From Candidatus Thermosaccharophagus tengchongensis (GTDB lineage: Bacteria; Armatimonadota; Fervidibacteria; Fervidibacterales; Thermosaccharophagaceae): 64,000 bases of DNA. The position numbers and the translations under genes were made by a program. This document shows, one piece after another, positions 20,808 through 31,376 of the stretch (the first letter of the stretch is position 1; the number at the start of each line of letters is the position of its first letter). The stretch is taken from the NCBI GenBank assembly GCA_032161105.1, contig JAVHTD010000012.1. One strand, written 5' to 3'. The notes beneath the pieces are model-generated. The model was given only the letters and a program-made list of their open reading frames with translations. It did no database searches and had not been told where the DNA came from.

Positions 20808-21590
20808 TCAAGATGACCGAGTGCCTGTAACCGCTGCGCATTCCTTCACCTTCCTGCGCCAGTAAAGCCAAATCAGAATTGCCATCCCTATAGCACACGC
20901 AATTTGTGCCTGCGTCAGCCCGATGGCTGTCACCTTCGCGGAGACGCCCCGCCGGAAAATTTCGTTTGCGAACCTGATGAGCAGGTGAATCATTAAGGCT
21001 GCGATCATCTCCTGACCGAGAAAACTCCTCACTCTGTGGATTCGCCTCAGGATGGCGAATGTGAGCAACGCGCCCACAGCCTCATACAATGGCACTGGGT
21101 GCGATGGCGGTGTCATAGTTCCTTCCTCAGTCAGGAAACGCATTGCCCAAGGTAAGTTAGTTGGATACCCAATGCAGCATCCGTTGAAGAAGCAACCGAC
21201 CCTCCCAAGCGCGTAAGCCAGCATATAGCCCTGTGAAAGTGCATCGCCGACTTCCCAAAAGTTGACATTGCTCGCCCTGCAGAGCAGCGCAAGGCTGGCT
21301 ATACCGCCGATGAGTGCTCCAAAGAGTGACAAGCCGCCAGCGCGCAGGTTGAGAACGCTCAGCAGGTCATCAGCATACTCCTCCCAATTGAGCGCAACAT
21401 ATAAGAGGCGTGCGCAAATAATTCCTGAGGGGATGACAGCGAGGGCTGCCGTGCTGACGAACTCAGACGGCAAATTGCGCCTTTGAAACTCGCGCCTTGA
21501 CCATGCCAAACCGACAATCAAGCCGAGCGCAATTGCTACGCCGTATGTGCGTATTTCAAATGAGCCGATGCGAATCAGAGTCGGATGCAT
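20808..21590 (-). CDS. lgt: Prolipoprotein diacylglyceryl transferase
   Basis: MHPTL, YG, ARLLYV, GGL..FGALIGG, GRVGCFFNGCC, HPVPLYE; RBS supports start 21590. Confidence 0.92.
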   Translation of the reverse strand: MHPTLIRIGSFEIRTYGVAIALGLIVGLAWSRREFQRRNLPSEFVSTAALAVIPSGIICARLLYVALNWEEYADDLLSVLNLRAGGLSLFGALIGGIASLALLCRASNVNFWEVGDALSQGYMLAYALGRVGCFFNGCCIGYPTNLPWAMRFLTEEGTMTPPSHPVPLYEAVGALLTFAILRRIHRVRSFLGQEMIAALMIHLLIRFANEIFRRGVSAKVTAIGLTQAQIACAIGMAILIWLYWRRKVKECAAVTGTRSS

Positions 21591-21700
21591 TGGGCACAAT
21601 GCATCTCCTCTCGGATTAAGCCAAGTGGCGAAACATGGCATCGTCATTGCATTGTATCACTTCCGCATGGCATTGGAGAGCGTGTGCCAGAGGTGAGGAG

Positions 21701-23065
21701 ATGATGCGAGATGGAGGCGATGTTAACCTGCATGAGTTGCTTGGCGCAAGCTTTGAGTGCGCTTGTGGAAGGAGACATTACATCCCGACAAAGGAGGTCG
21801 TCATTGAAAGTGAAGCAATTGCTTTGCTCGGCGAGTTGTGTGAGCGCAATGGTATGGTCGGGCTGTGCAATCTTTTGGCGGACGAAATAACTTACGAGGT
21901 GTGCGGCAGGGAAGCCGCAAGGCGGCTTCGCTCGTGTGGCATTCGCGTGCATGAAGTGGTGCTTGACAGCCCGAAAGCCGATGACAAAACTTACGACAGG
22001 GCTAATTCGCTCGCGAGCCCTCACGGTGACTTTTGGCTTGCCGTTGGCTCAGGCACGATTAACGACATAGCGAAGTATGTGAGCACAAATGCAGGTCAGC
22101 CTTATGCCATCGTCGCCACTGCACCATCAATGAATGGCTACACATCATCAATTGCTGCAATCACTGTCGGCGGACTCAAGATGACGCTCCCAGCCAACCC
22201 GCCAGTTTTCGTTCTGGCAGATTTGCATGTGTTATGCCATGCACCGTATGAGTTGATAGCTGCTGGTCTCGGTGATGCGCTATCAAAGCCGGTCTCAAAT
22301 GCCGATTGGATGCTCGCACATATCCTCTTCGGGGACTACCTGTGCGAATTCTGCCTCCAATTGCTATCCCGCACTGAGCTGCTATACATGTCCAGTGCAT
22401 CAAGGTTGAAGAGCCGAGAGCCGCATGCCGTCAAAGCGCTTATGGAAGCGCTATGCCTTTCCGGGGTGGCGATGACCATAGCTGGAAGCTCAAGCCCCGT
22501 ATCCGGCGGTGAGCATTTGATATCACATGCCCTTGATATGCGTGCAAATGTCACGGGGCGTAGGGTGAACCTTCATGGAGCTCAGGTCGGTGTTGCGACG
22601 ATTTTTTCGGCGACGCTATACGGACGACTGCTTGAAATTGAGGCGCTTCAACTTGACTGTGAGAGGTTGGCGCAGCGCTATGTGAGCATCAATGAGTGGC
22701 TTCCGAGGGTGCGAGATTTCTTCGGCGAAGCATGCGGGCGCATCATTGAGCAACTCTCATTGAAGCACCCCAAGTCACAGGATGAACTTAAGCGCAAACT
22801 GGAACGGGTAATCGCCATGTGGGATGACACGAAGGCAAGGCTGAGCGGAGTGGTGCGGAGCCACGACAGCTTGCGGCAGATGTTGCTTGATGCCGGTGCT
22901 CCGACAACGATTCACGAGTTGAACTTGCATCGCGGTGAATTTCGTGAAGCTGTAATGCTGGCTCATACGATACGCTCAAGGTATACTGTGCTGGACTTGG
23001 CGAATGAACTCGGCATATTGCCGGATGAGCTTGATGAGCTAATGGAGCGTTCACAAATCGTGTAG
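21701..23065 (+). CDS. egsA: sn-glycerol-1-phosphate dehydrogenase (AraM/EgsA-like)
   Basis: CACGRRH, AVGSGTINDIAK, TAPSMNGYTS, SGGEHLISH, LHGAQVGV, RSRYT. Confidence 0.88.
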   Translation: MMRDGGDVNLHELLGASFECACGRRHYIPTKEVVIESEAIALLGELCERNGMVGLCNLLADEITYEVCGREAARRLRSCGIRVHEVVLDSPKADDKTYDRANSLASPHGDFWLAVGSGTINDIAKYVSTNAGQPYAIVATAPSMNGYTSSIAAITVGGLKMTLPANPPVFVLADLHVLCHAPYELIAAGLGDALSKPVSNADWMLAHILFGDYLCEFCLQLLSRTELLYMSSASRLKSREPHAVKALMEALCLSGVAMTIAGSSSPVSGGEHLISHALDMRANVTGRRVNLHGAQVGVATIFSATLYGRLLEIEALQLDCERLAQRYVSINEWLPRVRDFFGEACGRIIEQLSLKHPKSQDELKRKLERVIAMWDDTKARLSGVVRSHDSLRQMLLDAGAPTTIHELNLHRGEFREAVMLAHTIRSRYTVLDLANELGILPDELDELMERSQIV

Positions 23066-23093
23066 CAAAAGCGCAAAGGGTGGTGATGGGACA

Positions 23094-23363
23094 TTGCACA
23101 TTGAGCACAGGAAGCAGCGCATCGTGAGGTTGCTACAGGCAGTTGAGAATGAGGCGAAGCACATGGGTAAGAAAGTTGAGGAAGACGACTTCATCGGGCA
23201 GCTTGAGAGCCTGCTCAAGTTGAGCGAGCACATTGAGACGATAAAGAGGTTGTGTGTGCGAACTTACGCCGAGACGCTCCTTTCGCTTGCGGCTCGCACT
23301 GAGGAGGTTGAAGACGCCGTTGAACAGCTCATGAGCTGGCTCATCAGGTTGAAAGAGTTGTGA
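23094..23363 (+). CDS. Small helical protein, divergent CsoR/RcnR-like
   Basis: KQRIVRLLQAVE..KKVEED..three-helix pattern of about 90 aa; canonical ligands absent. Confidence 0.45.
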   Translation: MHIEHRKQRIVRLLQAVENEAKHMGKKVEEDDFIGQLESLLKLSEHIETIKRLCVRTYAETLLSLAARTEEVEDAVEQLMSWLIRLKEL

Positions 23364-23367
23364 TGCC

Positions 23368-26352
23368 ATGGAGGGGTGCAAGTTGCTCTTTAAGTTGTGC
23401 ACGACGGGGTTCGCACAGCGGTTGATCGCATTCATCGCTGTTTGGTTGCACCTTCTTGTGAGCGCGCAGTTTTGTTGGCTTACTGCAAAGCCGAGCAAGT
23501 GGACGGTCATGGTTTACATGTGCGGCGACAACGACCTTGAAAGTGCCCTGATTAAGGATTTGAACGAGATGGAGAAGGTGGGTTCAACAGGCGATGTGAA
23601 CATCGTTGTGCAGCTCTCACGCTCGCCATTCTACGACACATCAAATGGGAATTGGGTTGGGACAAGGCGATACTTCGTCACGAGAGACCCGTATGAGGAT
23701 CCGTCACCGGATGTGCCGCCCAACAACACCATACGATCGCAGATGCTTGCCGACCTCGGCACGCTCAACATGGGCACAAAGGGTGCGCTTGTTGACTTCG
23801 TCGCATGGGCTGTGAGAAGTTATCCGGCGGAGCGATACTTCCTCATCCTGTCGGATCATGGTTCTGGTGTGCGCCCGTTTGAGCGCAGGTTGTTGCACAG
23901 GGCGATAATCTTCTCCGACAGCTTCAATGATTACCTCTCCAACCGAGAGCTCAAAGAGGCATTTTGGGAGCTGCGCCAGGGTGTCCTTGGCGGGAAGCCG
24001 CTCGAAATACTCGGCTATGATGCGTCGGAGATGAGCATGATTGAGAATGCCTATCAAGTCAGGCACGCAGCAAAGTATCTCATCGCGTCGCAGCTCTCGG
24101 AGCCAAATGATGGCTATCCATATGACCGCTTCCTTGGCGAGCTCACATCAAACCCAAGCATACCCACCGAGGAATTCTTGCAAAGGTTTGTCAAGCACTA
24201 TGTCGCATCGTATGAGCCGGGCAAGCCAACAAATGGTGCTGGAAGCTCCGTCACCATTGCCGTATACCGGCTTGATGCGCTTCAACCGCTTGTGAGCGCC
24301 ATTAGTGAGCTCGCTGTTGCGTTAAGGCAAAGGCTTTCAGCTCATGCCGAGCTCATTGAGGGGTTGAGGCGTGTAACGCAATCGTTTTCGGAGCACATCT
24401 ATCGCGACCTTTATCACTTTTGCGAGTTGCTCATACAGCGTTTTCCAGATGAGGCAGTAAAGGGTGCAGCGCACAAGGTCATTGAAGCTCACGGTCCGAG
24501 TGACTCAGGGGCGCTGTTCGCTGAGGCTCACAGGACTGGCTTTGATATCAATGTGGACAACGCTCACGGGATTGCAATCTACTTCCCGCCGCCGGAAGGG
24601 TTTGACAGCGCTTACTTGAGCGACCTTGATTTCGGAAGGGATTGCGAATGGGGAAGGTTCCTTGCAGCTCGCTCGGGGGCGGATTCGCTTCCGCCAATCA
24701 TTCGCTTCCTCATGCCGAGTGCCGATGGGATGAAGCTGCCTTTGACTCGTCCGATGTTAATTGTTGAGGTGAGGGACGATGGGTATGCCGGCTTGGACGA
24801 TGCCTCAATCTCACTCTGGATTGATGGAAGCAAGCTGGATCCCAAGGAATTCCGCTACGATGCGCAAACGATGCTGCTCAAGGTGAAGCCGAATGTGCCG
24901 CTCAGTCCCGGAAGGCACACCCTCACAGTCTCGGCAAAGGATAATTTCGGCAATAGCGCTTCATCATCAATCTCGTTTGAGGTTGCACCGCACACTTTGC
25001 GGAAAGGTGTGCGCATGTTCACACTCCCAATGGCGACAACATCTTCAGATCCAAGGGTTGTGCTCAATGATAGCTCCGCGATGTTAGCCCGTTGGGATAA
25101 CAAAGCATCGGCATATCGCATGTTCCCGGCGCCGGATCCGGAAGGTTATGCCTCATTCAGACCGAGGGGGGTTAAAGTCGCATCGCCTCCGGCTGGTGTT
25201 GGCTATTTTGTTCGTTTGAAGAACGATTCGGTAGTGCTCCATGCAGGTGAGCCAATTGACCCATCATTGCCCTACGATGTCTCGCTCCCGGCGGATGGCG
25301 CTTCTGTGTCATGGCACATGCTTGGCAATCCGTTCCCAGTGCCAATCAAATTGGGTTCCATCTTGGTGATTCGTAATGGTGAGGCAATGACGCTTGATGA
25401 CGCATTGGCTAAAGGCATCGTCCTATCGCCGCCTTTCATCTACTTGCCGCCAAGCGACCCATTCGCTCCCGGAAAGTATGCGGTCGTGGGATGCGAATTT
25501 GAATTGCAGCCGTTTGCCGCTTTCTGGATCGCCATTTCAGAGGATGTCACTGTGCGCTTCATGCCACCAGCCAGCAATTCCAGATCTACCGCCGCTTCAG
25601 CGGCTCACTCAAAGAGCTGCATATCGCGCCGCAGCTGGGTTGGCGAGCTGGATTGGCAAATCAAGCTGGTGGCAAGTTCTGCTGGTGAGAGTGATTCCGC
25701 CATCATCGCAGTGTCATCGCGAGGGTGTATCTCTCATGATGCACTTGATGTGCTTAAGCCGCCATCTCCGCCGGGTGCAAAGGTGCGTTGCTTCGCGCTG
25801 CAAAAGCTGTTTGGCAATCGTTTAGCCGAGTATGAGGTTGCTGTTCAACCGCGCAGCGCGCTTACCTCTTGGGATGTCATTGTGGATGCAAGCTTCGGCG
25901 ATGTCGCCCTCTCTTGGGAGGGCATATCCAATGTGCCTTCGTCCTATCGCCTCACATTGGTTGATGCTGCTTCTGGGAGGGCTTTATGCATGCGCCGCCA
26001 CGCTCGGCTGACCTTGCAGAGGCGCAATGAGCCATACAGATTGCGAGTCATCGCGCAGTTGAGGGGGAGTTCGGGGGCTAACATACTCGGTCTTTCGGCA
26101 ACGCCATACCGAGGTGGTTTAGGCATACGGTTTACGCTTCTCACCGATATGGCTGTGTCAATTCGCCTGCGGGCATTGACTGGCAGGGTCATCGCAACTG
26201 TTCTCCAAAGGACGGAGATGGGTAGGGGCACACGAACCGTTTTCTGCCGCCTCCCGGAGGGTGTGACGGCACAAGTTGCCTTAGTTGAAGTTGTTGGAGA
26301 GGACGATGCCGGTAGGGTGAGCGTAGCTACATGCCTCGGAAGGTTAAGGTGA
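23368..26352 (+). CDS. Secreted clostripain (C11)-family protein with Ig-like C-terminal domains
   Basis: KWTVMVYMCGDNDLE, NEMEKVGS, LNMG, YPAERYFLILSDHGSG, GYPY, GIAIYFP. Confidence 0.85.
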   Translation: MEGCKLLFKLCTTGFAQRLIAFIAVWLHLLVSAQFCWLTAKPSKWTVMVYMCGDNDLESALIKDLNEMEKVGSTGDVNIVVQLSRSPFYDTSNGNWVGTRRYFVTRDPYEDPSPDVPPNNTIRSQMLADLGTLNMGTKGALVDFVAWAVRSYPAERYFLILSDHGSGVRPFERRLLHRAIIFSDSFNDYLSNRELKEAFWELRQGVLGGKPLEILGYDASEMSMIENAYQVRHAAKYLIASQLSEPNDGYPYDRFLGELTSNPSIPTEEFLQRFVKHYVASYEPGKPTNGAGSSVTIAVYRLDALQPLVSAISELAVALRQRLSAHAELIEGLRRVTQSFSEHIYRDLYHFCELLIQRFPDEAVKGAAHKVIEAHGPSDSGALFAEAHRTGFDINVDNAHGIAIYFPPPEGFDSAYLSDLDFGRDCEWGRFLAARSGADSLPPIIRFLMPSADGMKLPLTRPMLIVEVRDDGYAGLDDASISLWIDGSKLDPKEFRYDAQTMLLKVKPNVPLSPGRHTLTVSAKDNFGNSASSSISFEVAPHTLRKGVRMFTLPMATTSSDPRVVLNDSSAMLARWDNKASAYRMFPAPDPEGYASFRPRGVKVASPPAGVGYFVRLKNDSVVLHAGEPIDPSLPYDVSLPADGASVSWHMLGNPFPVPIKLGSILVIRNGEAMTLDDALAKGIVLSPPFIYLPPSDPFAPGKYAVVGCEFELQPFAAFWIAISEDVTVRFMPPASNSRSTAASAAHSKSCISRRSWVGELDWQIKLVASSAGESDSAIIAVSSRGCISHDALDVLKPPSPPGAKVRCFALQKLFGNRLAEYEVAVQPRSALTSWDVIVDASFGDVALSWEGISNVPSSYRLTLVDAASGRALCMRRHARLTLQRRNEPYRLRVIAQLRGSSGANILGLSATPYRGGLGIRFTLLTDMAVSIRLRALTGRVIATVLQRTEMGRGTRTVFCRLPEGVTAQVALVEVVGEDDAGRVSVATCLGRLR

Positions 26353-26568
26353 TATGCTGCAGTTAGCACATTGCTATTGCGCTTGCGGCGCTAAAATTCT
26401 GCTTAGGCGTGCTCAAACCGGGAAGCGCAATAAGCTGACGGATTGTTTTTGAGGCTCTGCAAGCGCTTGCGTTGCGCAAAGTCTCCATAGGAGCAAGACA
26501 GCCTTTGTGGCAGCAATAAAAATGGCAAAGCAGTTATCAATGCAACGCATGCAGCAGGAGATGAGGCA

Positions 26569-29500
26569 GTGATGTATCTCAAGCGGCTTGAGATTTATGG
26601 CTTCAAGAGCTTCGCCACAAAGACGGAGATTGAATTTTTGCCCGGCATAAGCGCCATAGTTGGACCAAATGGCTCCGGCAAGAGCAACATAGCTGAAGCA
26701 ATCCAATGGGTTCTCGGTGAACGCAGCTACAGGGCATTGAGGAGCACTCGCTCTACGGACATCATTTTCGCCGGCAGCCAGAAGCGCAAGCCGATGAACA
26801 TAGCCGAAGTGACGCTCACATTTGATAACAGCGATGGCGCTCTCCCTATCGGCTTTAGCGAAGTCTCAATAACAAGGCGGATATACCGCTCGGGAGAATG
26901 CGACTATTTCATAAACAAGACGCCATGCAGGCTCCGCGACATTCAGAACTTGCTTCTCAGCGTTGGGCTTTCCGCCGACGCATTCACGCTCATCGGTCAA
27001 AACGAAGTTGACGCCATACTCGCAGCTCGCCCTGAGGATAGGCGTGTCTTGTTTGAGCAAGTTGCCGGCACGGAATGTTATCAAGCGCGCCGTTTGGAAG
27101 CCCTGCGCAAGCTTGAGAGGACGGAGAGAAACATCGTTAGGTTGAGGGACTTGAGACACGAGCTTGAAGCGCAGCTTGAATCAATCGCCGAACAGGTGGA
27201 GTTGGCAAAGCAGTATAAGGGACTGGTGGAGCGCTACAGAAATTTGCAAATGAGCTTGCTCGGGTGGGAATGGGGTGTTAGGCAGAGGCGGCTGCAGAAG
27301 TTCTCTGAAGAGGCGGAGCAGTGGCGAGAACGCCTCTCGCAAGTTGAGGCTGGCATAAGCGAGCTTGAGAAAAGGCGCTCCGAAATTGAGGCTGAGCTGC
27401 ACGAACTTGAAGGACAACTGGAGCAGCTTCGTGAGCGCTCTGTGCGTGCGGTTGAGACGGCAAAAAGCATTGAAGGGGAAATTGAGCTGGCAAAGCAACG
27501 GCAGCATCTCTTGCTGGAGCGAATTGAGGTTGAAAGGGGAGAGATGCAGCGGGCTCTTGAAAGGAAGCGCTCACTCCTCAAGGAGCTTGAGGACGCGCGC
27601 CAGAGGATAGCGGAGCTATCCAAGTTGGTGAGCGAGTGCGAGCGTGAACAAAACGGGCTTTTGGATGAGCTTAGGCAGGTTGAGGATAGGATAGCAGCTG
27701 AGGAAGTTGAAGCTGATTCGCTCCGTTCACAGCATGTTGAGACCATGAGGCTCGTCACCAAGCTGCGCAACAGGCTTGTTGATTGCTCTCATGCGGAGAG
27801 CGTTTTACGCCTGCGCGCTTCCGAGCTTGAGCGAGAGCGCACAGAGCTCACCGAGCAAGTTCAAGCGCTTGAAGCCAAGTTGAGCGAACTTGATGCCGAG
27901 TCAAACTCCGTAAAGCTTAGGAAGGCAGACATCCAAGAGAAGCTGCGCATGAAGCGCTTGGAGCTCTCGGAACTTGAACTCACCAACGATGAGTTGCGCT
28001 ACAGGATTGCCACGCTGCGTGAGCTGCTCAGCGGCTTAAGGGCGCGCTTGAGCGCGCTTGAGGAGAGCGAGGCTGCATTGCACGGTATCAGAGAGGGACC
28101 AAAGAGCGTGCTAATGGCTTCGCGCTCCGGGCAGATACCAGGCAGCTATCAACTTGTTGCACACTTGCTTCGTGTCCCGAGCGAACTTGAAATTGCCGTA
28201 GCTGCGGCGCTCGGCAGCGCAATTGAATACATCGTCACCGAAACAACAAAAGATGCGGAGGTCGCCATTGGCTACTTGAAGCGTAACCGCTCTGGGAGGG
28301 CTACATTCCTGACGCTTGACTTCATACGACCCCGCCGAAGGCATGGTGGCGAGATTGATGAGGTTCTTGAACGCGCGGATGGCGTCATTGGATGGGCAAA
28401 TGAGCTTGTCGGAGTAGCCGACGGTTATGAGGCTGTGCGTGATTACTTGCTTGGCAATGTGCTCATCGTGAGAGACATGACTGTCGCTTCGGGCTTGGGG
28501 AGGAAAGTGAGTTCGGGTTTGCGCATAGTCACCCTTGATGGCGAACTCATCATTCCGGGTGGTCCGATATCCGGCGGGTATGAGGTTCATTCGCTTCACA
28601 TGCTCTTTGCGCGCAGGCGTGAAATTGATGAGCTGCGCAATCGGATACGGGATGCCGAGGTGAAGCTGCAGCGCTATGAGGTTGAGTTGAGGGAGAGATT
28701 GGCGCAGGTTGAGCGCCGCAGGGACGCCATTGAAGCGTTGGGCAATGAGTTGTCAGAGCTGAGCGAGCTTGAGGCGAGGTTGGACGCTGAGCGTGAAGCG
28801 ACATTTAGGCGCATTGAACAGCTCAATGAGCGCATTGAATTAATCGGCGTGGAGAGAGGGCAGCTTGAAGCGGAGCGTCAACAACTTGCAGCCGAAACCG
28901 ATTCGCTCAAGTCGGAGTTAAGTAAAGCTGAGGCTCTCGCAGGCGAGCTTGAAAGCAGCATCTCTGAAGCCGTGGCTCGTATGGAGAGCCTGCTCAAGAT
29001 GAGGGATGAGTTGGGCAAGCGCTTATCAAATGTCCGCATGAGATTTGCTCAGCTCTCTGAGAAGCTCACCTCGGCTCAGTCAGAGGAGGCAAAGCTTTGT
29101 GAGATGCTCTCCGAGGTGGAGCAAAGGGCTTCGCGCTCCGAGCAGGCGCTCCTTTCACTTGAAGCCCAGCTGAATGAGCTATCGCAGTGCCTTCCAAAGC
29201 TTGAGGAGGAACGCAAGCGTCTAAGGCAATCCTGCGCTGAAGCCGAGGCTGCCTTTGAGCAATGGCGCCAGTATCGCTATGGGTTGCTTTCGGAGATTGA
29301 TTCAATCGGCGCGCAGCTGCGCAGCCTCTCCAATGAGAAGGATGAAATTGAATCTGAGCTCAACAGGATTGAGGTGCGCATGGCGGAAGCACGCTATGAA
29401 AGCGATGAAATTGCGAGGCGGCTTGCCGAGGAATTCTCCACTTCACCACAAGAGGCATTGCGGCATGCCGAGGGGCTGCGGCAAAAGCAAGCGGCAATTG

Positions 29501-30153
29501 AGGAGCTGAATGAACTGAAGTCCAAGATTGAGCAGATGGGTTTAGTCAATGTCGGCATCATTGAGGAGCACGAGCGGCTCAAAGCTCGCATTGAGCACCT
29601 TAAGGAGCAGGAGATGGATCTGGAGGCGGCGAGGGAGGACTTGCTCGCAATCATCCGGCAGATTGATGAGGAGACGAAGTCTCATCTCCTGAAAACGGTT
29701 GCGGCAGTTGAGCGCCAGTTTCAAGAGATATTCTCAAGGGTGTTCGGTGGAGGTGAAGTGCAGCTTGTGCTTACCGACTCAGAGGATGTCACTCATGCCG
29801 GGATTGAAGTGAGAGTGCGTCCGCCTGGTAAGGCAGTGCATGATTTGCTTGCGCTCTCCGGCGGTGAGCGCGCTATGACTGCCATATGCCTATTGTTTGC
29901 CATGCTCGGCGTTCGCCCAGTGCCTTTCTGCGTGCTTGATGAAGTTGACGCAGCCCTTGATGATACCAATGTGAGCAAGTTCGTTGGGCTGTTGAGGGAT
30001 TTCAATGGGCGTTCGCAGTTCATCGTCATCACGCACAATCAGGGCACGCTTGAGGTCTCCGATAGGCTCTACGGAGTGACCATGGGTGATGATGGTGCTT
30101 CAAGGGTGTTCTCGTTATCGTTTGAGGAGGCAACCTCAACTGTCTCCGGATGA
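26569..30153 (+). CDS. smc: Chromosome segregation protein SMC
   Basis: GFKSF, GPNGSGKSN, coiled coils, hinge GRATFL, LSGGE, LDEVDAALD. Confidence 0.97.
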   Translation: MMYLKRLEIYGFKSFATKTEIEFLPGISAIVGPNGSGKSNIAEAIQWVLGERSYRALRSTRSTDIIFAGSQKRKPMNIAEVTLTFDNSDGALPIGFSEVSITRRIYRSGECDYFINKTPCRLRDIQNLLLSVGLSADAFTLIGQNEVDAILAARPEDRRVLFEQVAGTECYQARRLEALRKLERTERNIVRLRDLRHELEAQLESIAEQVELAKQYKGLVERYRNLQMSLLGWEWGVRQRRLQKFSEEAEQWRERLSQVEAGISELEKRRSEIEAELHELEGQLEQLRERSVRAVETAKSIEGEIELAKQRQHLLLERIEVERGEMQRALERKRSLLKELEDARQRIAELSKLVSECEREQNGLLDELRQVEDRIAAEEVEADSLRSQHVETMRLVTKLRNRLVDCSHAESVLRLRASELERERTELTEQVQALEAKLSELDAESNSVKLRKADIQEKLRMKRLELSELELTNDELRYRIATLRELLSGLRARLSALEESEAALHGIREGPKSVLMASRSGQIPGSYQLVAHLLRVPSELEIAVAAALGSAIEYIVTETTKDAEVAIGYLKRNRSGRATFLTLDFIRPRRRHGGEIDEVLERADGVIGWANELVGVADGYEAVRDYLLGNVLIVRDMTVASGLGRKVSSGLRIVTLDGELIIPGGPISGGYEVHSLHMLFARRREIDELRNRIRDAEVKLQRYEVELRERLAQVERRRDAIEALGNELSELSELEARLDAEREATFRRIEQLNERIELIGVERGQLEAERQQLAAETDSLKSELSKAEALAGELESSISEAVARMESLLKMRDELGKRLSNVRMRFAQLSEKLTSAQSEEAKLCEMLSEVEQRASRSEQALLSLEAQLNELSQCLPKLEEERKRLRQSCAEAEAAFEQWRQYRYGLLSEIDSIGAQLRSLSNEKDEIESELNRIEVRMAEARYESDEIARRLAEEFSTSPQEALRHAEGLRQKQAAIEELNELKSKIEQMGLVNVGIIEEHERLKARIEHLKEQEMDLEAAREDLLAIIRQIDEETKSHLLKTVAAVERQFQEIFSRVFGGGEVQLVLTDSEDVTHAGIEVRVRPPGKAVHDLLALSGGERAMTAICLLFAMLGVRPVPFCVLDEVDAALDDTNVSKFVGLLRDFNGRSQFIVITHNQGTLEVSDRLYGVTMGDDGASRVFSLSFEEATSTVSG

Positions 30154-30183
30154 TACTGCGGTTTGCTATTGGAGTGGTGCTTC

Positions 30184-31356
30184 GTGGTCAATGTGACGAG
30201 GCTTTACTGCGGCGTGACCTGCAAAAGCGATGAACTGCGGTATGAGGGCAAAGGGCGCACGGCGAAAACTGGCATCCATCCACTGGTGGTTGTTTGGAAT
30301 ATCACGCGTGCATGCAATTTGAAGTGTGCACATTGCTATAGCGACTCAAGACCACACCGAAGTGAGGACGAGCTCACCACAGAAGAAGCCAAGGCGTTAA
30401 TTGGCGAGCTTGCCCGGCTGCGCATAGCGCGCCTTTTGGTTTCTGGCGGTGAACCGCTTATGCGGGCAGATTTGCTTGAGCTCCTCAAGCATGCGAGTTC
30501 AAGCGGGCTGGATGTAGCCCTTTCAACGAATGGCACATTGATAGACAACGATATCGCTGTTGAGCTAAAAGCAAGCGGTGTCCGTTATGTCGGGATAAGC
30601 TTGGATGGCATTGGGGAAGTGAACGATAAGTTTCGCGGTGTGCGCGGCGCTTTTGAGATGGCGCTTAATGGGATTGAGAACTGCAAGCGTGTTGGGCTGC
30701 GCGTCGGCATCCGCATGACGCTCACAAGCTACACCGTTTCGCAAATTGAACCTGTGTTTGAATTTGCTTTGAGCAATGGCATTGACAGGCTTTGCTTTTA
30801 TCATTTCATCCCATCGGGGCGAGGCGCTCTTGCCAGCGGGCTGGAATTAAGCCCGCTTCAAACGAGGCAAGCGGTTGAGCGCATAATGTGCAGCACGATA
30901 AAAGCCATAAGGCATGGTGCATTCATTGAAGTGCTCACTGTGGGCAATCCAGTGGACGGCGCTTTTATCTACCTCAAGTTGCTCAGTGAGGATGGCGAGC
31001 GAGCTAACGATGCCTATAAGCTGTTGCGCTATACCGGTGGTGCGGCCAGCGGCTCTGGTGTTGGAGTGGCGTGCATTGATCATGTTGGCAATGTCCATCC
31101 GGATCAATTTTGGTGGCATTACAACCTCGGCAATGTGCGCTCAAATTCATTTTACAGGGTGTGGTTTGAGAGCGAGGACGAACTGTTGCATAAGCTGAGA
31201 GAAAGGCAAAAGCACATTTACGGAAGGTGTGCTCGGTGCCGTCTCTTTGAGATTTGTGGCGGCGGCATGAGGGTGCGTGCCGACATTGTGCTTGGGGATG
31301 CATTTGCTTCCGATCCGGGATGCTATCTAAGTGACGAGGAGATAGGGTTAGGATAA
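30184..31356 (+). CDS. ahbC: Radical SAM/SPASM protein, AhbC/NirJ1-like (alternative heme pathway)
   Basis: N-terminal LYCG..SDELRY, VWNITRACNLKCAHCY, HPDQFW, GRC..C..IC, DPGCYL. Confidence 0.78.
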   Translation: MVNVTRLYCGVTCKSDELRYEGKGRTAKTGIHPLVVVWNITRACNLKCAHCYSDSRPHRSEDELTTEEAKALIGELARLRIARLLVSGGEPLMRADLLELLKHASSSGLDVALSTNGTLIDNDIAVELKASGVRYVGISLDGIGEVNDKFRGVRGAFEMALNGIENCKRVGLRVGIRMTLTSYTVSQIEPVFEFALSNGIDRLCFYHFIPSGRGALASGLELSPLQTRQAVERIMCSTIKAIRHGAFIEVLTVGNPVDGAFIYLKLLSEDGERANDAYKLLRYTGGAASGSGVGVACIDHVGNVHPDQFWWHYNLGNVRSNSFYRVWFESEDELLHKLRERQKHIYGRCARCRLFEICGGGMRVRADIVLGDAFASDPGCYLSDEEIGLG

Positions 31357-31376
31357 ACCGCAGTCCATCGCCGCGA

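Noticed and set aside
20623..20898. 91-aa minus-strand ORF after lgt
   Set aside because: Overlaps lgt, no motifs, atypical composition
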